NCBI GenBank assembly: GCA_964252035.1
Contig: OZ176212.1
Reading direction: 5' to 3' (one strand)
DNA from: Podarcis erhardii
Lineage: Eukaryota
DNA: 64,000 bases
The notes under the pieces were generated by a model, which did not search any database, was not told where the DNA came from, and worked only from the letters and a program-made list of their open reading frames with translations. Made by a program: the position numbers and the translations under genes. The first letter of the stretch is position 1, and each line of letters begins with the position of its first letter. Positions 34,170 to 46,700 of this stretch are shown here, in pieces.

Positions 34170-35600
34170 GGTTGCCCGTAGCAACCCACCTAAGATGTCG
34201 CTCCCTCATAAGGTGAGACACAGGCCGCTATGAATGTACGGAGATTACGTATTGGGGTGGGAGGGGGAAGGGCTAAGGACCCGTTGCGGATGGCAACACC
34301 GTCCAAAGACAATGGGAACGATCGTAGTAGCTATTCGATCGGCGGTTGGTTGCTACCTCCGTCGCTCAAACCACATTGCGCGGGGGAGCCTCGCGAGCGT
34401 TTAACGGATTGGCGAATTTGTGATGTCAGTCGGCGCTCAGTCCGGCCGGCCCACTACTATAGCGATTGGGACTTTCCCCTTATCAGGGTCTTTTTTTTTT
34501 TTAATGCCATCTACCGTTCCCCCCCCCTCGAGCGCGCTCCGATTGGCCGTTATGATGTCACTTGCTAGGAGGTTTGGAGCTGGGAGGCCTGCTTGTCCTC
34601 TGATTGGGCAAACGAGCTGTCGCTCGCCCCCGTCTTAGAGGAGGATTGGACGAGGCAGCGCGGCGGGCGGGGAGAAGAGTGGTGGTAGACGGGTGCTGCT
34701 GTTTGGGGCTCGGGACCGGCTCCGGGGCAAGGCCCGCCTGAAGGCAGCGGCGGGTGCTGAAACAACGGGAGCTGGGGAAGAGAAGGTATGAAACGAAGTG
34801 GGGTGGGGAGGAGGATAGGGCTATATGAGGGGAAGGGGGTGGAGTTAAACAAAGCAGGGGGAAGACTAAAGGGGGGGGGAGGAAAGCATAAAGCGGAGGT
34901 GGGGGGGGCGAGGAGAAACTGAGAGAGCAATGGGGTCCGCGGTAGAGAAGAGGGACCTCTAACTGGGCCGCTGGTGGAGAGCGAATTTAGGGGAGGGGGC
35001 TAAAGAAACGGTGGCCTTGAATAGGCCAGGTGGGAGGGAAGCGGGTAGGAGGAAACGTGGGCTGGGCGAGCAGCGGCGAGAGCACGAGAAGGCGGCGGGG
35101 AAGACCGAGAGGAGCAGAAAGCTGAGGAGAAAGGAGCCGCGTGTGGTGCGCTGGTCAAGGGAGGCTGCGGAAGGGTAGGGGGCAAACTGAGGCCAGCCCC
35201 CTTGCAAGCGGCGGCTGGTGGGCTGAGGGAAGTGTGGGGGAAGGGCCTGGAAGCTGTGGCGTGGGGGGGGAGGTTTGAGTAGGGTGTATCGGGGGTCTCG
35301 AGAGCTAAAGGGCAACCACGTGGGCTAGAGGAGGAAAGGAAAGGGGTTGGTGGCCTTGGGCTGTGTGGAGGGGTTAAAAGTTGGCCTGGAGAAGTGAGGG
35401 CTGGGGGAACTCCCTTTTCTGGTTTCCCCGGTGTTGTTGGGAAACGAAGCAACCTGAAGCAGGGACTTCGGAAAGGATGGTGCAGGTGGATGTGGGAGGG
35501 GTTCCTCCACAATTGGGGGGGGGGTAGTTCGGGAGCGGAGGGTCAGATTGGATGAAGGATTCTTGGAGTGGAGCGCGACTTTCATTGTAGGTTTGGGTTG
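34170..35600 (+). promoter_or_regulatory. CpG island, NFE2L1 main promoter
   Basis: Dense CpG; five ATTGG boxes (e.g. 34408, 34542); TGATGTCA at 34421 and 34553; RFX X-box at 34171-34185; G-rich first intron. Confidence 0.85.
34650..34785 (+). other. NFE2L1: Probable non-coding first exon of NFE2L1 (start approximate)
   Basis: Follows the CCAAT cluster; ends at donor AAG|GTATGA (GT at 34786). Confidence 0.55.
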
Positions 35601-36952
35601 TAAACCACATTCGGTACAGTAGGCTAGAGTGGTGGTATGCAAATTTTAAAAATCGAAAGAGCCTGTGAATTATAAGGGCTGTTTGGTGTTGTTCTGAAGA
35701 AAAGTATAGGTATGCTTTATTATGCAACAGTGATTTGGGGAAAATATTGCCCTACCTTACAAGGTTGTTGTAAGAACTGCTGTGTAGTGTTTGAAACTCC
35801 CATTGTTCTAGGAGCATTTTGCAACGGGGAAATTCATTAGTGCGAGCAGTTTCTGAGCTCTGGGTGCAGTACTGTGCCTAAGATTTTAGATTAAACTGCA
35901 GAGTGGGAGGAAAGGAAGATCTTTTTCTGCCTCCCCACTTCCAGCTACTCTCTAAAGACGAGAAGAGACCCTCTTAAGAATATTGGGGGGTGGGCAGGGG
36001 AAGGACTAGACCGTGTGAAAAATGAACATAATACTGTACTTTAGCTGCAGTTCATTCTTTTTCAGCTTTGTATCCTTCTTATTAAAAAATTATGCCTAGA
36101 CATTCCATTGTTGCGTCCATAACCTAGGTTCAAAGTGCCATTTAGCTTCTAGCTTTCATATCTCAGTTTCTAACATTGCTACTGTGATAAAGTATGTCAG
36201 CATTCCCCAATTTGGTCCCCTCCATATGTTTTTGACTGCAGCTTGCATCTTCCCTGATCACTGACCATGTTGTCTGGAACTGATTGATGTGGGCACCCAG
36301 AAAGAGCACTGTAGGAAAGCTAAGTAGTATCTGTTTACAGGCTTCCCATAGGCACCTGGTTGTCTGCAGTGAGAACAGGATGTGGGACTTGACTGGTCTT
36401 TGATCTGATTCAGCTGAGCTCTTGTATTCTTAAATGGATGCATGGTGAAATGTAGATGGGGCTGTAAGCATCAGTGCTAGGAGCCTGGAGGAAGATGGTA
36501 GTGGGTGTGGTATAGTTAAGGTCAAGATGACCAAGAGCATAATGGGTACCGGTAGTTTGGAGACTAGCAAGTTATTGAGTGGGGGAAAGAGGCGATTAGA
36601 GAACCTTTGGATAGTATACAACTTTATTTATTTCATAAAATTTATACACTGTTTGATTGTAAACAAACAAACCTCAAATTAGACCCTCTTAAAAAGGATT
36701 AATTATGAAAAGTTCTTGCTTTCTGATCCCATGTTTGCAATCTTCAGAAAATGAATTGAAATCCCCATTTCAAAGAAGGTCTTTTAGGTTTTGTACACCA
36801 TGTTTTAACTGTTTTTTTTTTTTTTTTACTGCAGACGAATTCTGGAGGCTGAAGTCTTGTGCATATTTACCTGGGAGAAAGCCCCATTGAATGTAGTGAG
36901 ACTCATCCTTAAGTAGACATGGATTGGATTGTGCTCTAAATTTTGATAATGG

Positions 36953-36987
<35 letters not shown>

Positions 36988-37115
36988 TTATTTGTACCCC
37001 GCCCATCAGGCTGGGCTTCCCCAGCCACTCTGGGCAGCTTCCAACAAAGATTAAAAGTACATTAAAATGTCACACATTAAAAACTTCCCTGAACAGGGCT
37101 GCCTTCAGATGTCTA
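36953..37115 (-). mobile_element. L2-type LINE 3' end with (TTA)n tail; a similar end with (GTT)n lies at about 19379-19480
   Basis: (AAT)n followed by TTTATTTGTACCCCGCCCATC... Confidence 0.6.
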
Positions 37116-39029
37116 CTATGTGATCCAGGGGGTGCAACTTTTGAGTGGGCTATTAAGTAACTGGAACAAGAAAGTAATACTTTCTAGAAAGAGGAGATAG
37201 CAGGGAAATTAATGGGATGGAACTGTTTTATGTGTGGCTAAGAGTGTGTGAACACTCTTTAAATTTAAATCAGGAAGAATAACAGACAAATTTAAAATAC
37301 TGATTTTAAATTGTTTCCCATTGATTCTACAAATTATTTCTAAAACTATGGTGTAAGACACCAATAAACTATGTTATTTACACGGTTTAATTCTTTCAAC
37401 CAGGCTTTACACCTCTTTGTCATGTTGTATGTACATTTTGTATGCTCTCCTTTCTTACCAGTACAAAAATAGTCTTTAAAATATTCCCGTATGGGGCCTG
37501 TCATAATCAGGTTTCATGATTGTTTGGAGGTTAATAAGCATTTCTTCTCAGAAGTAAGTCCCATGGAGCTCGGTGAGACTTACTCCTAGAAGAGAGTATA
37601 GAATTGGAACCTTAGCATGAGAATATTGGAACATGCAGACTGGACAGTTTGTCTTCTCTTCTTCCCAATGTTCTTCTCTGCTTCACCCTGCCTTTGCCCA
37701 TCCCACCCTCACAAATACAAGCAAAAATAAAATACACATGAATAATATATCATAGCAAGGCTTCATAGTTTGTAGGCAGACTAGTATAGATCTATTTTCT
37801 TCAGGTGAAAATGCATGTATATGTTTGGCAGATAGTGTAAATACTCATATTTTAGAAATTGTCAAATTGGCCTTTTATGTACAGAAGCCTCATTTAACTC
37901 AATGTATATGACACTGATTCTGTGGGTAGCTGGAGGACTAACCTGCCTATATTAAGATTTTTTAATATTAACCTAAATTATTTGCAGTTTAAACAATATG
38001 ATTAAATATATGCGCGCGTGCACACACACACACATATATATATTACCTTGCAAGTAGGAAATATTTCAAAAACTTGCAAGTAAGTCTAAATAGAAAAACT
38101 AAAGGGAATTGTTCTAGTATAATGTGAGGAGAAGATGACATTCTCAGTTGAGAAAAGTGTTTAAAGAGTTGAGGGTTGGGGATGGGGTTGGTTGGGGCTG
38201 TGGATTTCATAATGGAATTTAAAATTATTGAAAGCTCAGAACTGTTAGAGATGTGCATCCTTGTGGGGCTGTATAAATAAGTACAAGCTCTCTGGTGGTC
38301 TGAAAAAGGATTTTATGGTAGTGACTGGCCTAGGGGGAATTCTCCAGGCTGCCTCCCATGTTATCTGGATGCATTTTGAGAAGGTTTAAAATGAGACTGA
38401 AATGTGAGCCCAGAAAGTCATAGTGACAGAGGTTAGGATTAAAGAGGGGGCAAGCATGCCGGAGAACATGTGTTGGGGGATTCTGGCTCTCCTAGATCTT
38501 TAAAAACAACAACAACAACAACTTTGAAATCACATGTCTCTGATGGAAAGGAAAAGAGAGGGAGACTGAAATGTGATAGTAGGCCAGAACAGAGATTGGG
38601 TTAGGATGAGTACATGATTGCACTTAGCAAATCAAGGTATGGATTTTGAAATTTCTTGTTTCCCCCCCTTATTGCTGGTGGTGACAACTGATTGAACAAA
38701 GATTAAGAGTGGGTTACAACAAATGTTACAGGTTAAATGAGGCAAAAGTTGTGTTGAAATGCTACAGGTAGGCTTGCAAGCTATCATCTTTCTACTTAAG
38801 GCTCATATATAATTCTTATTTTAAAAAAATCAAGGATGCGTTATGGATATGTTATGATGTGCACACACATTTCCTCTCTCCTGCAATTTTGTGGTGGGCA
38901 TGCTAAGCCTTCCCTATTTTCATGTGGCTTAATTGCAACTGTCAAAAGTGGGTTCTTAATAGTAATTTAATGCTGTACATGCAACCTCATGTCCTTGGGA
39001 GTTTGCTAACTAAGAACTTGCATGTGAGT

Positions 39030-39159
39030 CATGGGCGTAGCCAGGATTTATGTTGGGGGGCAGGACCGTTGTTTTGGGGGGGGGCAGAACTGAGCTATCT
39101 GCATCTCATATTATTAAGTATATTTATTTACCTGCACCCCCCCCCCGGCTATGCCCATG
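39030..39159. mobile_element. Short hAT-like MITE
   Basis: CATGGGCGTAGCCAGG / CCGGCTATGCCCATG TIRs; 8-bp TSD ATGTGAGT / GTGTGAGT. Confidence 0.75.
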
Positions 39160-40201
39160 GTGTGAGTGTGAGTGAGTGTGTGTGCGCTTTATGGGCTGCT
39201 GCGTTACACTAAGTCAAATCATTAGCCCATTTAGCTCAGTATTATCAACACTGATGGCAGCATCTCCAGGTTTTAGACAGGACACTTACCCAGCCCTATC
39301 AGGAGACACCAGGATTTGAACCTAGACTTTTTGTGTGCAAAGCATGTGCTCTAGCCTTTCCCCTTTGAATTAAACTCTTAGGAACTTTGGCTCATTACTT
39401 CCTGTCCATCCGTCTCTCTACAGTTTCCATGGTTCCTTATAATCACCAGAGGGGTCAAGGTAGATTAAGGATAACAGGGAGTGGTCAGATTTTTCATACA
39501 TAAGCTCAGGATGACACACATGAAATACCCTAAATCCTCCACAAGCTCTTTCGTGGTAGCTTACAAGAATGAAGAAGAAAAAAATAACATTAGTATAACC
39601 TCTAAAAACATTAACAATGCATTTTGCAGAACAAAATGAGGACTTTAGACCAAATGAACCTTAAAGCTCAGCTACTCTGTAAGAATATTTACCTTCTGGA
39701 TGTTAAATGACCCCTAATAGTTAAACACTCCCTGCCCCTTTGAAACACAATGCATGTGTATTCTGTAAGCATTACGATGCTATAAACGTGGTAGGTGCAA
39801 CTTTGTGGGGAAATGTTGGAGGATTCTTTCAAACTGATGTGTATATACAGTAATTCAGAGTTCTGTAGCTAATAATTGAGGAAATATGAACATTCCAAAG
39901 TGGGGCAAGGCACCATGGAAAAGAAGTGAAAGAAGCTGGTGGGGTGGATAGTGAGGTTATTTGGCTTTCCCACAGTATCACAAATATACATGGTAGGTAT
40001 CTGTGATTGGAATGGAAATCAGAGGATTTGGCAGTTTCTGGAGCAGGGACAAAGGTAGGGGGAAGTGAACACGTTAAGCAAGAGCTTAATAGTATTTTTG
40101 GTCCTGCATTTGTTGGATAAATGTGGGTTTTGTTCTAAAGTGCCAGCAAGCTCTGTGTGTGAAGTAGGAGAAGTAGCTGCAGAGATGTATGTTGATGAAT
40201 A

Positions 40202-40564
40202 GGTAAAGGTACCCCTGACGGTTAGGTCCAGACACGGACGACTCTGGGGTTGTGCGCTCACCTCGCTCTATAGGCTGAGGGAGCGGGCATTTGTCCACAG
40301 ACAGCTTCTGGGTCATGTGGCCAGCATGACTAAGCCGCTTCTGGCGAACCAGAGCAGCGCACAGAAACACCATTTACCTTCCCGCCAGAGCGGTACCTAT
40401 TTATCTACTAGCACTTTGACGTGCTTTTGAACTGCTAGGTGGGCAGGAGCAGGGACCGGGTAGCAATGGGAACTCACCCTGTTGCGGGGATTCGAACCGC
40501 CGACTTTCCAATCGGCAAGCCCTGGGCTCTGTGGTTTAGATCACAGCGCCACCCACATCCCCAC
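40202..40564 (-). mobile_element. Sauria SINE
   Basis: Reverse-strand copy; TSD GTTGATGAATA at 40191-40201 and 40565-40575. Confidence 0.9.
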
Positions 40565-41043
40565 GTTGATGAATAACACCCTTCTAAAACCTGAAAGCCA
40601 GGCTTCGCACTTGTACTTAATGTAAATTGACCAGAAACTCATACTGAATAAAAGCATAATCAGCATACTTTAAAATCATTGGTTGTAAGCAGCTGGGATA
40701 GAGGATAAAGGGTGGTTGAAAAGCGAGTAGCGCATTAGTTTTATTTGCAAGGTTGTTATTATCAGTTGGTTCTTTGTTGTGTCTTGCTGTGGAGTCAAAG
40801 GGGAGTGGAGAGAAGTGAAAGATGATGTTGCTATAAAATGGAGGAAGATAAGCAAACCAGGGCAGTATTGACCTAAATATAACTTTGTGTGTGTCAAGAT
40901 ATACTTGTTGGTGAATTATGTAGACTCTGTGCATACTTTTTTCTTTGTGGCCCATAGGTAACAAAGTGTTTCAGTGTTGAGCAGTGTTCAAAGGGTGGTG
41001 TCTCTAGTGTTTTATCACCTTCATTTTTTTGGCTGTGTTTCAG

Positions 41044-41229
41044 TTTCTGACGAAACCCAAAGCAAGCAGCAGAAGAGTCTTTGAACATTTTCCTGCTCTG
41101 GAATCTTGGACTAGAGGAAGGAGGAGGGGAGAGTGAAGTTGCAGCTGTTCCAGAGGACTTGTCCCATCTTGTAGTCCGTGTGGGAAATTAAGACTCAAGG
41201 AAGTTGCTGCATGTGGACTCTTTGAGACA
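41044..41229 (+). other. NFE2L1: Probable 5' UTR exon of NFE2L1
   Basis: Acceptor ttcatttttttggctgtgtttcag| and donor ACA|GTAAGT (41230); next acceptor at 41536 is 2 nt before the ATG. Confidence 0.55.
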
Positions 41230-41538
41230 GTAAGTCACGTGGGTTTATATGCAACTACCTTGGCTTAGTTACAAAACAGTTTTTGTCTCTGGATAGGCAG
41301 AGAGCAGCAGAAATAGGAGTCCTCCTGCTGGGAGACAGCTTTCTCTCTTCGGGAGATCTTTAGAACTTTAACAACTCTCTTGGTGGTAATGATTGCTTTT
41401 AGGTTTTATTTTTTAAATGGGGTTTGAACATTTTTTAATTAGATTTTTTCTTTCTTTAAATAACTGTGGAGAGTTAGCTTGATAGTGTGAGTTTTAGTAC
41501 ATTTTCTGCTACATGCATTTGCTTTTCCTTTTCCAGAA

Positions 41539-42048
41539 ATGCTTTCTCTGAAGAAATATTTCACTGAAGGACTCATCCAGTTCACCATTCTCCTCAGCTT
41601 AATAGGTGTGAGGGTGGATGTAGATACTTATCTGAACTCGCATCTTCCCCCTCTGCGAGAGATCTTTTTGGGCCAGAGTTCTGCTTACACCCAGACACAG
41701 TTCCACAACCTGCGGAACACTTTAGATGGCTATGTCATCCATCCAAAAAGTGTAGATCTGGACTATTATTTCACAGCTCGACGGCTTCTTAACCAGGTGA
41801 GGGCCCTGGATAGGTTCCAGGTGCCCACCACAGAAGTCAGTGCCTGGTTGGTACACCGAGATTCTGAAGGTTCTGTCTCTGGTGCCCAACCCAATACAGG
41901 CATTGCCCTTGAGAATGGCAGTGGCTTGCAAGATGGAACTGTTCCAGACAATGAAGTGAGGGAAAATGGAGCAGAACAAGGATTTGGTGAAGAATTGGAA
42001 GACCTAGGTGCTGTGGCTCCTCCAATGAATGGTGATCTAACCAAAGAG
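41539..42048 (+). CDS. NFE2L1: NFE2L1 first coding exon (170 aa)
   Basis: 510 nt ending ...GDLTKE at GAG|GTAGGT. Confidence 0.97.
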
Positions 42049-43691
42049 GTAGGTTGTTACTCTCAGGCACAATCTGTGGACTGGTGTGGTGGGGAAAAGA
42101 GAACTATTTGAGTATTTATTTGTGACTTGCAGCTATAAAAATGCTACTTATTGTCAATAGCTTAATATTTCAGTGATTTGGGTAGGATACTGGGAAATTT
42201 CTCTTTTTGGTAAGATGTTTGTTGGTTTGAAATTAGAGCAGTTCTTTTGTTGCAGCTTTCAGGAGGCATCTCAATAACACCACCTGCTTATTTTGCAGCA
42301 TTAGGTAATAGTCTCAATGCACGTATCAAATGGATAGTGATTTACTCAGCTCTGGAGTACTTCCAGGAGATTTTTCTACTTGGTTTTCAAGGGAGCAATG
42401 GGTAAAGCAGGTCTCCTGCTCTGTCCTAGTTTCTAATTCCAGTGTACAATGACTGCCTAGTGCCTTCCTTTTCCCACCCCTTACTGTCTCATAAGGTTTT
42501 CTTTATGAAAGCCTGTTCTGGTTTGACCTGTTTGTATTGTGCCTTGCTTAGTGATGATTTGAATTAGCTGGCTTGTTTGCTTGGATGCTCAAATCCCTCT
42601 CCCAAACACAGGGTGGAATGGTCATGGAGAATCTCTTCCAGACCACCCTTAATCCCTGATACTTTGTGTTGGAAATGGACGGTATTACTAGAGCCAGTGG
42701 CCAGGCTGGGAGTTGCTGAAACAGCTGCTGTGGCTGCCTACCGCTCTTGTCATGTTTTCTCATCCCTACAATTGGCAAAAATAGGCTGAAGGTTTCTGAG
42801 ATCTTATCCTTGGAAACTAAAAGTGAAATATCTCAGTTTGCGGGGTTTCCCCTACAGAAGAAGTAGATAACTGAGAAATGGAGAATGACCCACTCAGATA
42901 GGAGTGTGTGTGAGGGTATGCATGTGCCTGTGGGGTGCTTGGAAGAGGAGATTGCAGCTAAAGAATTGAAGGTTTTTTGTTTTGTTCTGGTAAAGCAGGG
43001 GATACTAGGGGGGAGTCTTGTTTGCATCCTTAAATACATCTTTTGTGTTCTGGATTATTGTTACTGGAATGAGGAAGAAGATGGTTGTACTAGAATTTCT
43101 CATATTTTAAGACTGCTATCTTTAAAATATACATTTTAACTACCCATTATTGTAATTTTAAAAATGAGAATACTGCGTTAAAAAGTTGAATAGCATTTTT
43201 TTTGTATACTGTATTTTTCGCTCTATAACACGCACCCGATCATAACACGCGCGTAGTTTTTAGAGGAGGAAAATCCGTAGGCATGCCACCCGTAGGCATT
43301 CCCTCCATAACACGCACAGACATTTCCCCTTACTTTTTAGGAGGAAAAAAGTGAGTGTTATGGTGCAAAAAATACGGTATTTAAAAAGTTCTATAAATAG
43401 TGACTTGCTGAGATGTGCAAAGCAATTTGTAAGGGAAGTGTGAGGGTTGCTGGTACTTTCCTTTGTGTGTGTATGCACACGTGTACTTTCTATTGCTAGG
43501 GTTACAATGTAAAAAACACAAATATAAGACTAGGGTTTTTTGTGGACAAGGACAATCAGTAGGCTCTTCAACCATGAATCTGAAGACCAACACAATATAA
43601 AGGCCCCCAAAGGGTGAACAAGTTTTGTGTTGGTCTCATGGCAATGAAAAAGTGGGAGTTACTGAGGCGTGGCTGATTCTGACTTTGATCA

Positions 43692-43731
<40 letters not shown>

Positions 43732-46700
43732 GACAGGGATAGAAATTGTGCAATACAGAGAAGCTCCTATTCTGGAGCAGCCTTTAGGGTTAATTCATTT
43801 TGCTTCCTATCTTTTTGTGCTGGTCATGTGTGATCCGGGGCTGGAATGGACTTGCCATGGGTTCATTAGAAGTATATAATATTTCATACTGCACTTAAGT
43901 ACTTGGAGCACTTCTTGTTCATAATGCTACAGCAATGCAAGGCACCAAGCCATTTTCCTATTCCATATTGTCAGCTGTGGACTGAGTAAAGTCTGATTTG
44001 CCTTAGTGAATTGATAGCTGAGACTATATTTGAATTGGGTTCTTTCCCATTCATGGCTCACTTTGTTAATCACAATGTTAGACCAATTATGTGCTTTCAC
44101 TACTGATGTGCAGATAGTGATCATGCACAAAACTTCAGGGTCGTGGTGGGGATAGGGACATAGTCACTTTGCTTGTAATGAGGTAGTGAGTCACACTCCT
44201 TTTTTTAGTTGTGCAGAGAACTTAAATTCAGACACAGGCTGCAATACAGTCTGGATATGAGAGAGATGATACAAGCTTTGATGGTCCCCAGCGGCACTTG
44301 TCCCCTCCTAAATGGGAAGTCCCTGAACACAAAAGGAGGACAAAAAGGAAGGATTTGGTAGACATGTAGAGTTGTATATATGCACAATCCCACTAAATGA
44401 ACTCTTACGGTAGAGTGCTCAAACTGCCACATAAAGGCTACATATTTTCTCGTTATGAGATACGGTTTTAGTGCTAGTGGTTTACTGGGTGATGCGCAGA
44501 TTAGAAGCAGGTTTAGGGTTTGCTTTGGATGAACAATACAGGGTTTATTGGATATAGGTGGACAGGTGTTATGTCCGTAGAGGAGCAGCTCAAGTGAAGA
44601 TAATATGCTTCAGGAAAGGCATTGTGAAGGGAGGTTTGGCTCTGGTTTGTGTTTAAGCACTTGCTAGATGCAACGTGGATAGAATTTTCTGAGCTGTTTG
44701 CTATAGTGTTAAGCAGTTGTGACTGCTTAACAAAAACAACCTTAACATATTTATAACAAGGAAATAAGTTTTTCAGCTGAAGGCCTTCCTAAACGATCAG
44801 GTTCTGGCCAAATGCCTAAAACACTGAAGTGTTATAGCAGTAGTGATTATTGCAAGGTCAATTGTGAATGCCATGGAGGATGATGAACAGAAGAAAGGGC
44901 TGCCATGAGCAGTTTTGTGCATTGTCCAGAGTTGTGAGCAATAGGTATGGGAAACCATGTTCAACTGATCACACAGCTCTAAAGCTCATTGGGTAGCTTA
45001 TGCAGGTCACCATCTCTTAGCCTGCCCACTGATTTTTGAGAAGCTAAAATGTTTGTCAGATCTCTTTGGGAGAAAGGCAATATATCTTGTGATCAGGGTA
45101 GAAATGAGGTTCAGCTATTATGGCCCTAAGCCCTGTGATTAGAGACTTGTTTCTGGAAGAAACCGCAATTTGGACCATGGATTTACTGTACATCATTGGG
45201 CATATCTTGCTCTTTTCTACAAATAAAATGGGAATAGTTGCCTGTCTTACAGGGTGGCTATGAGGGTGAATATTATCGGGAATACAAAGCAATTGGTATG
45301 AGTTTTTGAGTCCCTCACTCCCTATAGAAAAGGAAGGAACAGCAGAAGTAGCAGTGGCTTGTGAGTTTGTTGAGAAAGGAGAGGCTTCAGCAACGTGAAG
45401 GTTTTTTATGTGTAGGTGAGCTGTGTAGGACTTTGGTTTATCCTATTGTATCTGCAGAAGTGGTTATAAATGCTTTGTGTATGAAAATAAGGGCCAGGTG
45501 TGAGTAGCATGAGACCACTTTTGTGTTGTCTAGGGCTTTCCTTTTTTGCATCATAAAATATCATGCAACTCCCTAATGCGTTGCTGAATTTGTTTTTTAT
45601 TTTAAGCCCCATTTCTCAGCATATGTTCTTTGCTCACTGGATGCAGTAAGTCTGCTAGGAACCCTAGCTGGCTTAGACTGGATCCACTGCCGGGAAGAAT
45701 TTGGGCTAATCCAAATACCAGCTTGTGTGGGAGGTAAGCATTGCTGCAACCCTCAAAACACTTTACCCCCCTCACCCCCACGCATGCAAATGCCACAAAC
45801 TGCTTGCTATGGGGCTACACCTCTTCCTGCAGCAGCTGCACAGCCACTCCCTACCCAGACAAGCAAATGTAGTATCCCCTGAGCTGATACATTATGTATT
45901 TTTTTAACTGTTTGTCTAGATGGTGATGTCTAGAGGTGATGCTGGGTTTGCTAAGATTCAGCATGGGACATATGAACTGGTAATAAAGAGCTTCTGACTC
46001 TTCATTTCACCATGTGATAACCACCAGTCAGGCCCTATCTGATTACCAAAGGAATTGTTTTATTTGTATTCTGTTAAAAACATACAAACTCTCAACATGG
46101 CTCAGAACATAAGAAAACATTAGGACCAATTAATAAAAGCAGTATAAAATTTTAAAATATGTCCAACCAATATAAAATGCATACCTTTCTTATATGTGTG
46201 ATCTTCAGTCACTTCTTTTTTTGAAATTATAATATGGGACAGCTTGTGAGGTGAGAGGACTACATGTCCTGCAGCTCTTCTGTTCTTGGTCCACAGGATA
46301 ATGAATCACACAACAAAAGGCTAACTCTTCCGATGGGAATTTAGCCCTTTGCTGTCTGATCCACTCCTTGCTGACCAGAAGAATATTTCCTTTTCCTTTT
46401 CCAGTGACTATTCATTCAAAAGTAGCGAGTGATCCTTTGAAAGCAGGTGTCTGTACCAATCTAGCAGTTCTTAGTGGATGGGTTGGGGAAGATATAATTT
46501 CTCCTTGGGCCTAGTCAGTACAGTGGATGCTTCTGCTTTTCTCTGTTACTGAGTTGTGTATTTATCACTGAGATAAAAAGTTGCTTACCATATCCACCAG
46601 ACCATTGTCTAGCTTCCATGACTGCAATAATGATTCTCCTAAGAACTACCCCCCCCCACCTGTATGCATATTCATGCACTTACCCCAAACTGCTTGCTTG

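Noticed and set aside
34230-35727. Cluster of 100-170 aa ORFs
   Set aside because: CpG-island and G-rich low-complexity translations with no recognisable homology.
44707-44732. Perfect 11-bp hairpin TGTTAAGCAGT-TGTG-ACTGCTTAACA
   Set aside because: Too short for a miRNA precursor, and not improbable in a window of this size.
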